This document shows, piece by piece, positions 16,889 to 26,482 of a stretch of 64,000 nucleotides of DNA. The notes beneath the pieces were generated by a model. The model was not told the origin of the DNA and searched no databases. It saw nothing but the letters and a program-made list of their open reading frames with translations. A program made the position numbers and the translations under genes. This stretch comes from Candidatus Kaiserbacteria bacterium. GTDB lineage: Bacteria > Patescibacteriota > Minisyncoccia > Phycocordibacterales > UBA2100. The stretch is taken from positions 4,784-68,783 of the forward strand of contig JACRFK010000010.1 in assembly GCA_016217925.1 (NCBI GenBank), in the 5' to 3' direction. Position 1 is the stretch's first letter. Each line of letters begins with the position of its first letter.

Positions 16889-18367
16889 ATGAAGATGGCG
16901 GAGAGTTTCTTCACACGGCATACCAAGGAAAGATTCTCGGGGAAAACCAAGGAGCAGACTGAGTTACTGCGTCGTCGGGAACTCGCATACGATACTGCTG
17001 CGCTGGAGGAAGCGGCGGGACCGCTTGAAAAAATTGCAGGACAGCAGTTGCGCAAGGTCGTAGAAAAAGGTCTTGAAGATCCGGAATCCTACGAGCGCTT
17101 CGTCCCGCATTTCGAGCAATGTACCGATGCACCTGTACTTACGCTCGTCTTCGGTTCGCTTGATGATCCCGCCTACATAGACCAATCTCCGAACGAGCGA
17201 CCCGAACTTTTAACGACGTTGTATCAATCGGTGGTGGAGAAGAAAGTACCAAAACTTGGAACTCTGGCGCAAGCGGCGTTCACATTGCCAATCATGTCGG
17301 ACATGTATCCCGCCGAAGGCTTACGGTGCACGTTTCGCGGCCCTGCGGCGCGTGCAGCGTCTTCAGCTGAGCAGTTAAATCGCATGGGGCAGGCGGTCTT
17401 GGAGGGAGCCTTAGAGGTGGCGGAGAATTTCTTGGAAATCCATGGACCCGATGCGAAGATAAACGTATGGGGTTTTTCGGCGGGGACGCAAGATGCCATG
17501 TTCGTGACCCGATTCTTGGGGGATATGTTGGGGCGCCCTGTTGATGACTGCACGCTCGTCTCGCCGGGCCTGGGCATGGGTTTGGGAATATTCGCGGCAT
17601 GGCCGGTCAATCTTGCCGCAGACAAGCTGCGGGAGAAGGGATTCACGCCACAGTCATTTCATGAGGCCACATACAAATATTCACAAGAAGCGCAATTAAA
17701 AGAGGGCAAGAACAATCCCCGTGGACGTAATTTTAAGGTGATATATGGCACGAGCGATACCATCATTCCTCCGTTCCAGCCGGGGGGCACGATAGACTTT
17801 ATCAACCTTGCAAGAAAACAGGGACTTGCGCCGACGGTCATCGAATATAAGGGGCTCGACCACATCACGATGCCCGGAGAACTCATGTGGCAAAAAGCGT
17901 ATGGCAACGACCCTACCTTCGAGCGCAACCGGCCGAGCCTGTGGTCAATTCCGGAAACATACTCGGACCCTCTTTGCATCCGCAAGCTCGACGACATCTT
18001 TTCGCGCTTTTCAGCGGAGGAGCTGCCGTTCTTCGCCGAATTGGTGAGCGAGCGTAATGGAATGACCATCATGGACGACATGGAGCCGCATATGCATGCT
18101 ATCGCGGACTGGCTCGTCAAACACGAAATCTGCAACGTCGCTACCGGTCCGCGGTATTTGTGGGTGAGGAATAAGGAGGATCTGGTCGACAAGATAGACC
18201 CGTCCATCAAATCGTTTCGAAAACAGATCGTCGCGCACGAGTTGCCCCGCGTCTTGAGAGAGTTGAGCGCGATCGATCACGACGAGAGCTTCAAGCCACT
18301 GTATGAAATGACGCAAGAAGAGAAGAGGCCGAAACTTATTAGCGAGGCGAATTCGCAAACGGGGTGA
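16889..18367 (+). CDS. Alpha/beta-hydrolase fold protein
   Basis: GFSAG nucleophile elbow, YGTSDTII (Asp), YKGLDH (His) in canonical order. Confidence 0.65.
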   Translation: MKMAESFFTRHTKERFSGKTKEQTELLRRRELAYDTAALEEAAGPLEKIAGQQLRKVVEKGLEDPESYERFVPHFEQCTDAPVLTLVFGSLDDPAYIDQSPNERPELLTTLYQSVVEKKVPKLGTLAQAAFTLPIMSDMYPAEGLRCTFRGPAARAASSAEQLNRMGQAVLEGALEVAENFLEIHGPDAKINVWGFSAGTQDAMFVTRFLGDMLGRPVDDCTLVSPGLGMGLGIFAAWPVNLAADKLREKGFTPQSFHEATYKYSQEAQLKEGKNNPRGRNFKVIYGTSDTIIPPFQPGGTIDFINLARKQGLAPTVIEYKGLDHITMPGELMWQKAYGNDPTFERNRPSLWSIPETYSDPLCIRKLDDIFSRFSAEELPFFAELVSERNGMTIMDDMEPHMHAIADWLVKHEICNVATGPRYLWVRNKEDLVDKIDPSIKSFRKQIVAHELPRVLRELSAIDHDESFKPLYEMTQEEKRPKLISEANSQTG

Positions 18368-18416
18368 GGTTGCCGCGTCGCTGTCTTAGGCGTTGCAAGT
18401 ATTCTATACTGCGCCC

Positions 18417-19700
18417 ATGAAGCTTCCCGGGCGTATCTACATGGTCGGTATCGGCGGCATCGGGATGTCGGCGCTTGCACAATACTTGGACCACACGGGC
18501 CACACGGTCTCGGGCTCTGACCGCGAGGAATCGCCCACGACGACAATGCTCGTGCAAAAGGGCATCTCCGTCACCGTCGGGCACGAACAGTGCCTTATTC
18601 CGGCCGACACCGAACTGCTCATCTACAGCGATGCCGTGCCGGAGAGCAACGTCGAACGGATGCGCGCAGGAGAAATGAAAATCCCGCAGCTGTCGTACTT
18701 CGAAGCGCTTGGAGAAGTGTCGCGCACCGCACGCACCGTTGCGGTGGCGGGGACCCACGGCAAGACGACGACGACGGGCATGCTTGCCAAGATTTTGCAG
18801 TATGCGGAAAAAGAGCCGACGGTCATCGTCGGTTCCATCGTGCGCGATTTCGGTTCAAATTTCTTGCCGGGCAAAGAAGACCTTTTTGTCATCGAGGCGT
18901 GCGAGTACCGCGACCACATTCTGAAGCTCTCGCCGCTCATACTCGTCATTACCAACATCGAGCTCGACCATACCGATTATTTTCCCGACCTTGCGGCATT
19001 GCAGGCGACATTCCGCAAGGCCGCCGCCCGCGTGCCCGCACACGGCATCATCGTGACGAATCCCTACGACCCGGCCATCGCGGCGGTGCTCTCCGATGCG
19101 GTCGCACCGATACTCGATTACACGACCCAGACGGTGCCCGCCCTTCTACAAATAGGGGAATTCAACCGCATGAATGCTAGGGCCGCCAAGGCGGCGGCGC
19201 GCGCCCTCTTCCCCCATCTGCAGGAGGAGTACACCGACCGCGCACTTCTGGATTTCAAAGGCTCTTGGCGGAGATTCGAATACAAGGGGGAGACCCCGAT
19301 GGGTGCCGTCGTGTACGACGACTACGCGCATCACCCCACCGCAATCCAAATGACTATCGAAGCGGCGCGGGAAATATTTCCCGATAAGAAAATCATCGTG
19401 GCGTTCCATCCGCACCTCTATAGCCGCACCCGTTCGTTCTTACAGGAATTCGGAATAGCGCTCGCCGAGGCTGACGAAAGTCTCATTGCGCCCATTTATG
19501 CCGCCCGCGAGGTCCCGGACCCGGGTGTCACCAACGAGTCCGTCGCGGAAACGGTCCGCCGCTACGGGGGCGATTCAATAGCGTTCGATTCTTTTGACCT
19601 CATCCGAGACAGGCTGCTTGCATACGACGACCGGTACCTCATCATCACGATGGGCGCGGGAGATATTTACAAAGTTGCGGAACAAATCGCGGGGGAGTAG
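18417..19700 (+). CDS. murC: UDP-N-acetylmuramate:L-alanine ligase
   Basis: GIGGIGMSALA, AGTHGKTTTT, EACEY, TNIELDH, DDYAHHPT, HLYSRT, MGAGD. Confidence 0.95.
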   Translation: MKLPGRIYMVGIGGIGMSALAQYLDHTGHTVSGSDREESPTTTMLVQKGISVTVGHEQCLIPADTELLIYSDAVPESNVERMRAGEMKIPQLSYFEALGEVSRTARTVAVAGTHGKTTTTGMLAKILQYAEKEPTVIVGSIVRDFGSNFLPGKEDLFVIEACEYRDHILKLSPLILVITNIELDHTDYFPDLAALQATFRKAAARVPAHGIIVTNPYDPAIAAVLSDAVAPILDYTTQTVPALLQIGEFNRMNARAAKAAARALFPHLQEEYTDRALLDFKGSWRRFEYKGETPMGAVVYDDYAHHPTAIQMTIEAAREIFPDKKIIVAFHPHLYSRTRSFLQEFGIALAEADESLIAPIYAAREVPDPGVTNESVAETVRRYGGDSIAFDSFDLIRDRLLAYDDRYLIITMGAGDIYKVAEQIAGE

Positions 19701-19710
19701 TGTGCCCTTG

Positions 19711-20382
19711 ATGGGGACTCTTTCTATAGTCGCAACGCCCATAGGCAACCTCGGCGATATCACATTCCGGGGCCTTTGGAATTTGAAAGAGGCGAATGCC
19801 ATCTACGCGGAGGACACACGGGTTATTTCCAAACTCCTTTCGCACTACGGACTCCGCACGTCGGTGTTCCGGCTCGATGCGGCGACCGAAACGACGAAGG
19901 CAAAGGAAATAGCCGAGCGGTTGATACGGGGGGAGCACGTCGCATTCGTATCCGACGCGGGGACGCCCGGTGTGTCCGACCCGGGCGCGCGACTTGTGGC
20001 ATACGTACGGGAGAGCGTGCCTGACGCGACAATAGACGCGATACCGGGGCCTTCTGCGCTCACGGCCGCGCTTTCCATCGCGGGCCTCTCTACCGACAAA
20101 TTCCTGTTCCTCGGATTTCTCCCGCACAAGAAAGGCCGTCAGACCGCTCTCAAAGGAATCGCGCAGTGTACCGTCCCCGTCGTTCTCTACGAATCCCCGC
20201 ATCGCATACTGAAGTTACTGACCGAACTCTCGAAATTTGCTCCGAAAAGCCGTGTCACCATTGCGCGCGAGCTGACCAAAATCCACGAAGAAGTGCTGGT
20301 AGGAAAGCCGCTCGAACTCGCGGCGCAGCTCGAAAAGAAAAAAGCCGTCCGCGGTGAATTCGTCGTTATCGTTGAGACGTAG
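19711..20382 (+). CDS. rsmI: 16S rRNA (cytidine1402-2'-O)-methyltransferase
   Basis: VATPIGNLGDIT, AEDTR, VSDAGTPGVSDPG, YESPHR, RELTKIHEE. Confidence 0.95.
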   Translation: MGTLSIVATPIGNLGDITFRGLWNLKEANAIYAEDTRVISKLLSHYGLRTSVFRLDAATETTKAKEIAERLIRGEHVAFVSDAGTPGVSDPGARLVAYVRESVPDATIDAIPGPSALTAALSIAGLSTDKFLFLGFLPHKKGRQTALKGIAQCTVPVVLYESPHRILKLLTELSKFAPKSRVTIARELTKIHEEVLVGKPLELAAQLEKKKAVRGEFVVIVET

Positions 20383-20725
20383 GTTTTGCAATTGCCTGCA
20401 AGCTTCTGGAAAGTTTGTCTAGGAGAAGGGTCAAATCACCAATCATTCCTTTTTCAGCTGCGATTGCGGTAAGTGGTAATTCTTTTCCCCCTTTGATGTG
20501 CACATCAAGCGACCTCCGCGCCGTTTTTATTCCCTGGAGGGCATACTCCACGTCATTGATATTCATTTGCAACCACGGTCGGTACTCGTTGTGCTTCTTG
20601 CAAAGCTCCTTCGCCCGCTCGACGAGCGCCTGTGCCCGACTGATTTCATGCTGCGCACGATGTTCCTCTCCAATATGGTGAAGGTTGGATTTCATCTCAG
20701 GTCTGTGGCCCTCAATCATACTCAT
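20366..20725 (-). CDS. Hypothetical helical protein (119 aa)
   Basis: Intergenic ORF convergent with rsmI. Confidence 0.55.
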   Translation of the reverse strand: MSMIEGHRPEMKSNLHHIGEEHRAQHEISRAQALVERAKELCKKHNEYRPWLQMNINDVEYALQGIKTARRSLDVHIKGGKELPLTAIAAEKGMIGDLTLLLDKLSRSLQAIAKPTSQR

Positions 20726-20840
20726 AACTATATGGTATTTGGTGCCATAGGGAAGTGGTAAAACCCGTGAGATAGAGGGGTCGGCTGTTCACTTGCATTT
20801 CCTTTGGAGCGCAGTATCTCACGGGGTATACTTTGCCCGT

Positions 20841-21095
20841 ATGACCATAGACGCTCTCATTATGTTAGGCGGCGCCTTTGTGGCGGTGCTCCCATTTTTA
20901 GGATTTCCCAATAGCTGGGACACGTTCTTCTTTTTCTGTGCGGGGGTTTTCATCATCGCGCTCGGCATCGTCGTGCGCCGGCGCCTCGCCCGTCGGGTTA
21001 CGGCCGAGGGCTTAGGGCGTAGCTCCGGAGCACCGAAACATGAGGAAATATCTGTCAGGGATGTTCCTCCCCATGAAGACACCCTGGCGCAATAG
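20841..21095 (+). CDS. Small two-TM membrane protein
   Basis: ATG 8 nt after TATACT; LPFLGFP..W motif. Confidence 0.7.
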   Translation: MTIDALIMLGGAFVAVLPFLGFPNSWDTFFFFCAGVFIIALGIVVRRRLARRVTAEGLGRSSGAPKHEEISVRDVPPHEDTLAQ

Positions 21096-22296
21096 TTTTG
21101 CTATCGTCGGAGCGGGCCTCGTGGTCGCGCTCGGCGCCGCGTCGGCGGCCGAGTTCGTTGCACCGAATATTTCGTATACGCGAGTGGTGAGCCAAGCGGT
21201 GGACGAACCGCCGCCTCCCGAACCGCCGGCAGTTGCTCACGTGAAGACTCCGGATGACGTGCGCGGCATCTACATGTCGCAATGTGTCGCTGGCACCGTA
21301 TCATTCCGCGACAATCTGATAAAACTCATCGAGGAGACCGAGCTCAACTCCGTCGTCATTGATATCAAGGATTTCTCCGGCGGCATCGGATTCCCGACAG
21401 AAAATCCGGCGCTCAAGCCGTTCGTCTCCAAAGATTGCGGAGCGAGCGATATGAAGGATTTCGTTGCGTCGCTGCACAAAAAAGATATCTACGTCATCGG
21501 GCGCATCACGGTCTTTCAGGACCCGCTCTACGCAAAAGCGCATCCCGAACTCGCCGTACAAAAAACGGGCGGCGGCGTGTGGCACAATTACGGGGGCCTC
21601 GCATTCATTGATGTCGGCGCCAAGCCTTTTTGGGATCACATCGTCGAACTTTCCAAAGAATCATATAAGCTCGGATTCGATGAATTGAATTACGACTACA
21701 TCCGGTATCCTTCGGACGGCCCCATGAAAACGGCGGTGTACACATTTTCCGCGGGCAAGTCGAAAGAAGAAGCACTCGAAGAATTCTACAAATACCTGCA
21801 CAGCAAAGTGAAACCGATTGGCGTCGTGATGTCGGTGGACCTTTTCGGCTATGTGACAGTGCATACCGACGACCTTGGCATCGGGCAAGTCCTCGAACGG
21901 GCATTGCCTTATTTCGATTACATTGATCCGATGGTCTACCCAAGCCACTACAATGCGGGTTTCGTCGGGCTCAAAGACGTCAACTCGGACCCATACAAGG
22001 TCGTCTACGCTTCTATGGCGCAAGCGGTCGCACGCGTGATTGCGACAACGACCCCGAATTATTCATTCGACGCAATCCCGATAGCTTCGACCTCGCCGCA
22101 ACTGTACGAAAAGAAGAGCTATCCCGCCTCGGTCATGCGCCCGTGGCTTCAGGCGTTTGACTATCCGGTCGCATACACGCCCGCGATGGTCGCGGCCCAG
22201 ATCAAGGGGAACGAAGACGCGGGACTGGATACCTACCTCATGTGGGACGCGGCGAATAAGTATCGCAGTTTGCGTGAAGTGCTCGCGCCGCAGTAG
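21073..22296 (+). CDS. Putative glycoside hydrolase (DUF4015-like), N-terminally anchored
   Basis: VRGIYM, NSVVIDIKD, GRITVFQD, GFDELNYDYIRYP, PMVYPSHY, RPWLQAF. Confidence 0.8.
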   Translation: MKTPWRNSFAIVGAGLVVALGAASAAEFVAPNISYTRVVSQAVDEPPPPEPPAVAHVKTPDDVRGIYMSQCVAGTVSFRDNLIKLIEETELNSVVIDIKDFSGGIGFPTENPALKPFVSKDCGASDMKDFVASLHKKDIYVIGRITVFQDPLYAKAHPELAVQKTGGGVWHNYGGLAFIDVGAKPFWDHIVELSKESYKLGFDELNYDYIRYPSDGPMKTAVYTFSAGKSKEEALEEFYKYLHSKVKPIGVVMSVDLFGYVTVHTDDLGIGQVLERALPYFDYIDPMVYPSHYNAGFVGLKDVNSDPYKVVYASMAQAVARVIATTTPNYSFDAIPIASTSPQLYEKKSYPASVMRPWLQAFDYPVAYTPAMVAAQIKGNEDAGLDTYLMWDAANKYRSLREVLAPQ

Positions 22297-22319
22297 GGGA
22301 AATACGATATACTAATAAC

Positions 22320-24224
22320 ATGACTTCCGTTCACACGGATGATGACCGCCGTATCACGTATTTTGCGGCGACGCACACGCGCGGCAAGCGCGAAATGTTC
22401 GGCATTCGCGGGATAGACCGCGGCAAACACATCTACGTCATCGGCAAGACGGGTATGGGCAAGTCCACCATGCTCGAAAATATGGCGATTCAGGACATCC
22501 AGAACGGCGAGGGCATCGCGTTCATCGATCCGCATGGCTCCACCGCCGAGAAATTGCTCGATTTCATCCCGCACGAACGCATCAAAGACGTCGTATATTT
22601 CGCACCCTTCGACACCGACCACCCCATCGGATTCAATGTGATGGAAGACGTCGGCTATGACAAACGCCACCTCGTGGTCTCGGGCCTGATGGGGGCCTTG
22701 AAGCGCATTTGGGTGGATGCGTGGAGCGCGAGAATGGAATACATTCTGCAAAATACGCTGCTCGCCCTCCTTGAGTATCCCGACTCGACGCTCCTCGACG
22801 TAAACCGCATGCTCACCAACAAGACCTTCCGCGCCGCGGTCGTCGCAAAAATCACGGACCCAATCGTGAAAGGATTTTGGGTAGAGGAATTTGCGGCGTT
22901 TACCGACACCTATACCCGCGAAGCGACACCCGCCATTCAGAACAAAATAGGTCAATTCACCGCCAATCCTCTCATCCGCAACATCGTGGGGCAGGGGAAG
23001 TCTTCATTCGACCTGCGCAAGATAATGGACGACAAGAAGATTTTCATCGTCAACCTCTCCAAAGGGCGCATGGGCGAGACCAACGCTTCGCTCTTGGGCT
23101 CAATGCTCGTCGTCAAGATCTACCTCGCAGCGATGTCGCGCGCCGACGAGCCGGCGGCGCGCATGGCGAGATTGCCGCGATTCTATTTCTACGTCGACGA
23201 ATTCCAGTCCATGATGAACGAAGCCTTCGCCGACATTCTCTCCGAGTCGCGCAAATACAAACTCGCGCTCACGCTCGCCAACCAGTACATCGAGCAAATG
23301 GAAGAAGAGGTGCGTGACGCGGTCTTCGGCAACGTTGGTACGCTCATCGTATTTCGCGTCGGCCCCTTTGATGCAGAAGTGTTGGAGACGGTTTTTGACC
23401 CGACATTCACGCCGGAAGACCTCGTGGGCTTAGGCATCGGGCAGATATACCTCACGCTCATGATAGACGGTGTCGGCTCCAAGCCGTTCTCCGCGGAGAC
23501 CATTCCCCCCATCGATACGCCCCCCATTTCGTATCGCGATGACTGCATACAGAGCTCGCGAGAGCTCTACGGGAGAGCGCGCGCAGAAATTGAAGCTGCG
23601 GTCAATCAAAAACAGCTCGATTTTCAAGCGCTACCAAAGGAAAAAAAAGAACGTGAGAAGAGCACATACGGATCTCGGCCGCGGCCATCCAATGCCGCCC
23701 CGCGCGGATTTGTCGCAGATCGACCACGCGAAGCTCCTGCGGTGAGGAAGGAACCTTTGCCCGCGTCGCCGAATTCCGCGGACCGTTACGCGACACATAC
23801 ACCCACGGCTTCACCCGAAGTGGGCCCGTCTCGCCCGCCTCGATTCGGCGAAGCGGGCCGGAGCGGAGCCGAGGCGGAGCAGCGCTCGGCTCTGCGCGCG
23901 GCCATCGCGCAGGCGCGACCTGCGACCCCCGAAGCGCCAGTACATTCCGCCCCCATCCGCTCTCCTGCAGATATTTTGCGCGAACGACGAGCGATGAAAC
24001 AGCAACCGGCCACTCCACATGCGGCACACCACGCTGCAAGAGCCGGGCACTCCATAAAGCCGCCGCATATCCCGAATCCACAGCCTCATGCCCGCCCCGT
24101 GCCTCGACAGGACTTTTCGAGCGATAATGGCGCGAATGACACTGCCGACCTATCTCCTCAGGCGGGTGAAGTATCTCCTGAAGTTCTCAAACAAGTATTG
24201 CGCGGAGAAGGATCGAACGAGTAA
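22320..24224 (+). CDS. VirD4/TrwB/HerA-like P-loop ATPase (CPR type) with disordered C-terminal tail
   Basis: Walker A GKTGMGKS, IDPHG, Walker B FYVDEFQ, SESRKY, ANQY, FGNVG. Confidence 0.88.
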   Translation: MTSVHTDDDRRITYFAATHTRGKREMFGIRGIDRGKHIYVIGKTGMGKSTMLENMAIQDIQNGEGIAFIDPHGSTAEKLLDFIPHERIKDVVYFAPFDTDHPIGFNVMEDVGYDKRHLVVSGLMGALKRIWVDAWSARMEYILQNTLLALLEYPDSTLLDVNRMLTNKTFRAAVVAKITDPIVKGFWVEEFAAFTDTYTREATPAIQNKIGQFTANPLIRNIVGQGKSSFDLRKIMDDKKIFIVNLSKGRMGETNASLLGSMLVVKIYLAAMSRADEPAARMARLPRFYFYVDEFQSMMNEAFADILSESRKYKLALTLANQYIEQMEEEVRDAVFGNVGTLIVFRVGPFDAEVLETVFDPTFTPEDLVGLGIGQIYLTLMIDGVGSKPFSAETIPPIDTPPISYRDDCIQSSRELYGRARAEIEAAVNQKQLDFQALPKEKKEREKSTYGSRPRPSNAAPRGFVADRPREAPAVRKEPLPASPNSADRYATHTPTASPEVGPSRPPRFGEAGRSGAEAEQRSALRAAIAQARPATPEAPVHSAPIRSPADILRERRAMKQQPATPHAAHHAARAGHSIKPPHIPNPQPHARPVPRQDFSSDNGANDTADLSPQAGEVSPEVLKQVLRGEGSNE

Positions 24225-25617
24225 TACTGTTCTTGTCGTCGCGACCGTGGTGGGTGCGATGGCGCTTCCTGCCAGTATATCCGCAGAGGTGGCTAACTTT
24301 GTTTTTATAACGGGTCCGCAAGTCGTGCAGCCGGGAGTCGTTTCGGAGCAGATAACCGTGCAGGCGCAATCAGCGGGAGGCGAAAGTAGTTCTCTCACGA
24401 GTACGGCATGTTTTTCGTTCGTGAGTACGTCGGCACAGGGAGAGTTTTCTTCCAATGCCACAAACTGGAGCCCTGTGTCGGTTCTCACAATGAACAAAGG
24501 CACCGCGAATAAGAATTTTTATTACAAGGATACGCAAAATGGGACACAAACGCTTACGATCAAGATTGCGCTCAAACCGGAAAGTGAGAGCCGTTCCTGC
24601 GCGAGTTGGCCGGTGGAAGAGTGGAATATGCAGTGGACCGTAACCCAAGGCATCACCGTTGGCGCGAGTTCGCCTTCCGGAAGTTCCGGTTCGTCCGATG
24701 GGTCTCAAGCCGGCACGACGCCGACCGGCGCAGAAGACTTTGGCCCGGGGAACAAGCCCGTCGGTTCGTCAAAAATGCCGCCTCCGCCGAAAGTATTTGC
24801 GGATGGCGGAGGCGACCGCACGGTCATCGTGGGTGCGGATACGGAATTTCGGGCGCGTGCGTACGATGAGAAGAAACATCTGATAGACTTCGCTACATTT
24901 CACTGGAATTTCGGCGACGGCTCGACCGCAGAAACCTCGGTCGTCTACCACCACTTCGATCATCCCGGACGGTATGTAGTCGTCCTAGAGGTTCCCGAAG
25001 AAAAAGATTCGGCCTCCGATCAATTCACGGTCACCGTGGAGAGGATGGAGCTCGGGCTGTCTCTATTTCCGGACGGCAGTGTTGCAATAGAGAACCATGC
25101 AGGCCGCACGCTCGATCTCTCTCGCTGGGCCATACGTTCTCTTGGGCGGACGTTCACTATTCCGGATCGTACGTTCGTTCTTACCCGCAACACGTTGTAC
25201 ATATCTCAAGATACGCTCGGGTTCACAAGCGGCCCGGACGTAGAATTAGATTATCCGAATGGCGTCTTCGCACTCGGCTTGGCACCCGTCGCGACGTCTT
25301 CGCTGCCGGTACGCGTGACCACGACCACCCCAGAAGATGCGGCAGAGGACCGCGACGAGGAGATTACGCAGGATCTTGCGAGCGAAGCAGTTCCCGCAGA
25401 GATAGATAGCGGGAAGACTGAACCACCGGAGTTACCGGCAACGAGCCCTAGTTCAGAGCAGGTCGCGGCCGCGGCGACCTCTCCGTCGGAATCTTCTTTC
25501 ATGTGGTGGTTCGGAGCCCTCGGCATTGCAGGGCTTGCCGCTGGTTCTTTGACACTTGCACGACGGTACGGCAAAAAGGAGTGGGACATCATTGAAGAAA
25601 GCGACGAGGCGGTGTAG
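24166..25617 (+). CDS. PKD-domain and lamin-tail-like surface protein with C-terminal TM (start uncertain)
   Basis: WNFGDGS..HHFDHPGRYVV (PKD); IENHAGRTLDLSRW; C-terminal TM followed by RRYGKK. Confidence 0.75.
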   Translation: MKYLLKFSNKYCAEKDRTSNTVLVVATVVGAMALPASISAEVANFVFITGPQVVQPGVVSEQITVQAQSAGGESSSLTSTACFSFVSTSAQGEFSSNATNWSPVSVLTMNKGTANKNFYYKDTQNGTQTLTIKIALKPESESRSCASWPVEEWNMQWTVTQGITVGASSPSGSSGSSDGSQAGTTPTGAEDFGPGNKPVGSSKMPPPPKVFADGGGDRTVIVGADTEFRARAYDEKKHLIDFATFHWNFGDGSTAETSVVYHHFDHPGRYVVVLEVPEEKDSASDQFTVTVERMELGLSLFPDGSVAIENHAGRTLDLSRWAIRSLGRTFTIPDRTFVLTRNTLYISQDTLGFTSGPDVELDYPNGVFALGLAPVATSSLPVRVTTTTPEDAAEDRDEEITQDLASEAVPAEIDSGKTEPPELPATSPSSEQVAAAATSPSESSFMWWFGALGIAGLAAGSLTLARRYGKKEWDIIEESDEAV

Positions 25618-25629
25618 TGTGAGAGCCAT

Positions 25630-26481
25630 ATGAGCAAACTCGTGGTCGTGACCGGTGGCGCGGGGTTTATAGGCTCGCATTTGTGCAACCGCCTGAAGGC
25701 GGAGAACTACACGGTTATCTCGCTCGACAATTACTTCACGGGTTCGCGCGACAACCATATTTCGGGCGTGGAGTACCGCGAGGGGCATACCAAGGACATC
25801 GAGAAGCACGTACCCGAGACGCCCGATATCATCTATCACCTGGGCGAGTACTCACGCGTCGAGAAAAGCATGGAAGAACCGGACCTCGTCTGGGACTTGA
25901 ATATCGCAGGTACGTTCGGTGTCGCCGAATACTGGCGCAAGCGCAAATGCAAGTTAGTGTATGCCGGTTCTTCCACAAAATTCGGTGACGGGGGTCTTTC
26001 CCGCGATGCGACCCCATACGCGTGGACGAAAGCATCGAATACCGAGCTCGTGAGCAATTATGGGGGTTGGTACAAGCTTCCGTACGCTATTACCTATTTC
26101 TACAATGTGTACGGGCCGCGTGAGCGGGCGGGTGCCTATGGCACCGTCGTCGAGATATTCCGTCAGCAGTACGCGAAAGGCGGGCCGCTCACCGTCGTCT
26201 CACCAGGGACGCAAAAACGCAATTTCACGCACGTTGACGATATCGTCGAAGGTCTGATGCTGGTCGGTGAGAAAGGAGGGGGCGACGACTTCGGGCTCGG
26301 CAACGAACGCGAGTACACCATTCTCGAAGTCGCCAATATGTTCTCGAATGAGATAACGATGCTGCCGGAGCGGGCGGGTAACCGACTCGCCTCGGGAATT
26401 GATACGACGAAATCAAAGTCGTTGGGGTGGAGCGCAAAGCACGGTCTCGAAGAGTACGTGAAGGAGATTACGGGAAAATAG
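25630..26481 (+). CDS. NAD-dependent epimerase/dehydratase
   Basis: VTGGAGFIGSH, YAWTK, YNVYGP. Confidence 0.9.
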   Translation: MSKLVVVTGGAGFIGSHLCNRLKAENYTVISLDNYFTGSRDNHISGVEYREGHTKDIEKHVPETPDIIYHLGEYSRVEKSMEEPDLVWDLNIAGTFGVAEYWRKRKCKLVYAGSSTKFGDGGLSRDATPYAWTKASNTELVSNYGGWYKLPYAITYFYNVYGPRERAGAYGTVVEIFRQQYAKGGPLTVVSPGTQKRNFTHVDDIVEGLMLVGEKGGGDDFGLGNEREYTILEVANMFSNEITMLPERAGNRLASGIDTTKSKSLGWSAKHGLEEYVKEITGK

Positions 26482-26482
26482 T

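Noticed and set aside
22320-24224. VirD4-like ATPase as evidence of a conjugative element
   Set aside because: No relaxase, VirB genes, integrase or att sites nearby; this ATPase type is a routine chromosomal gene in CPR.
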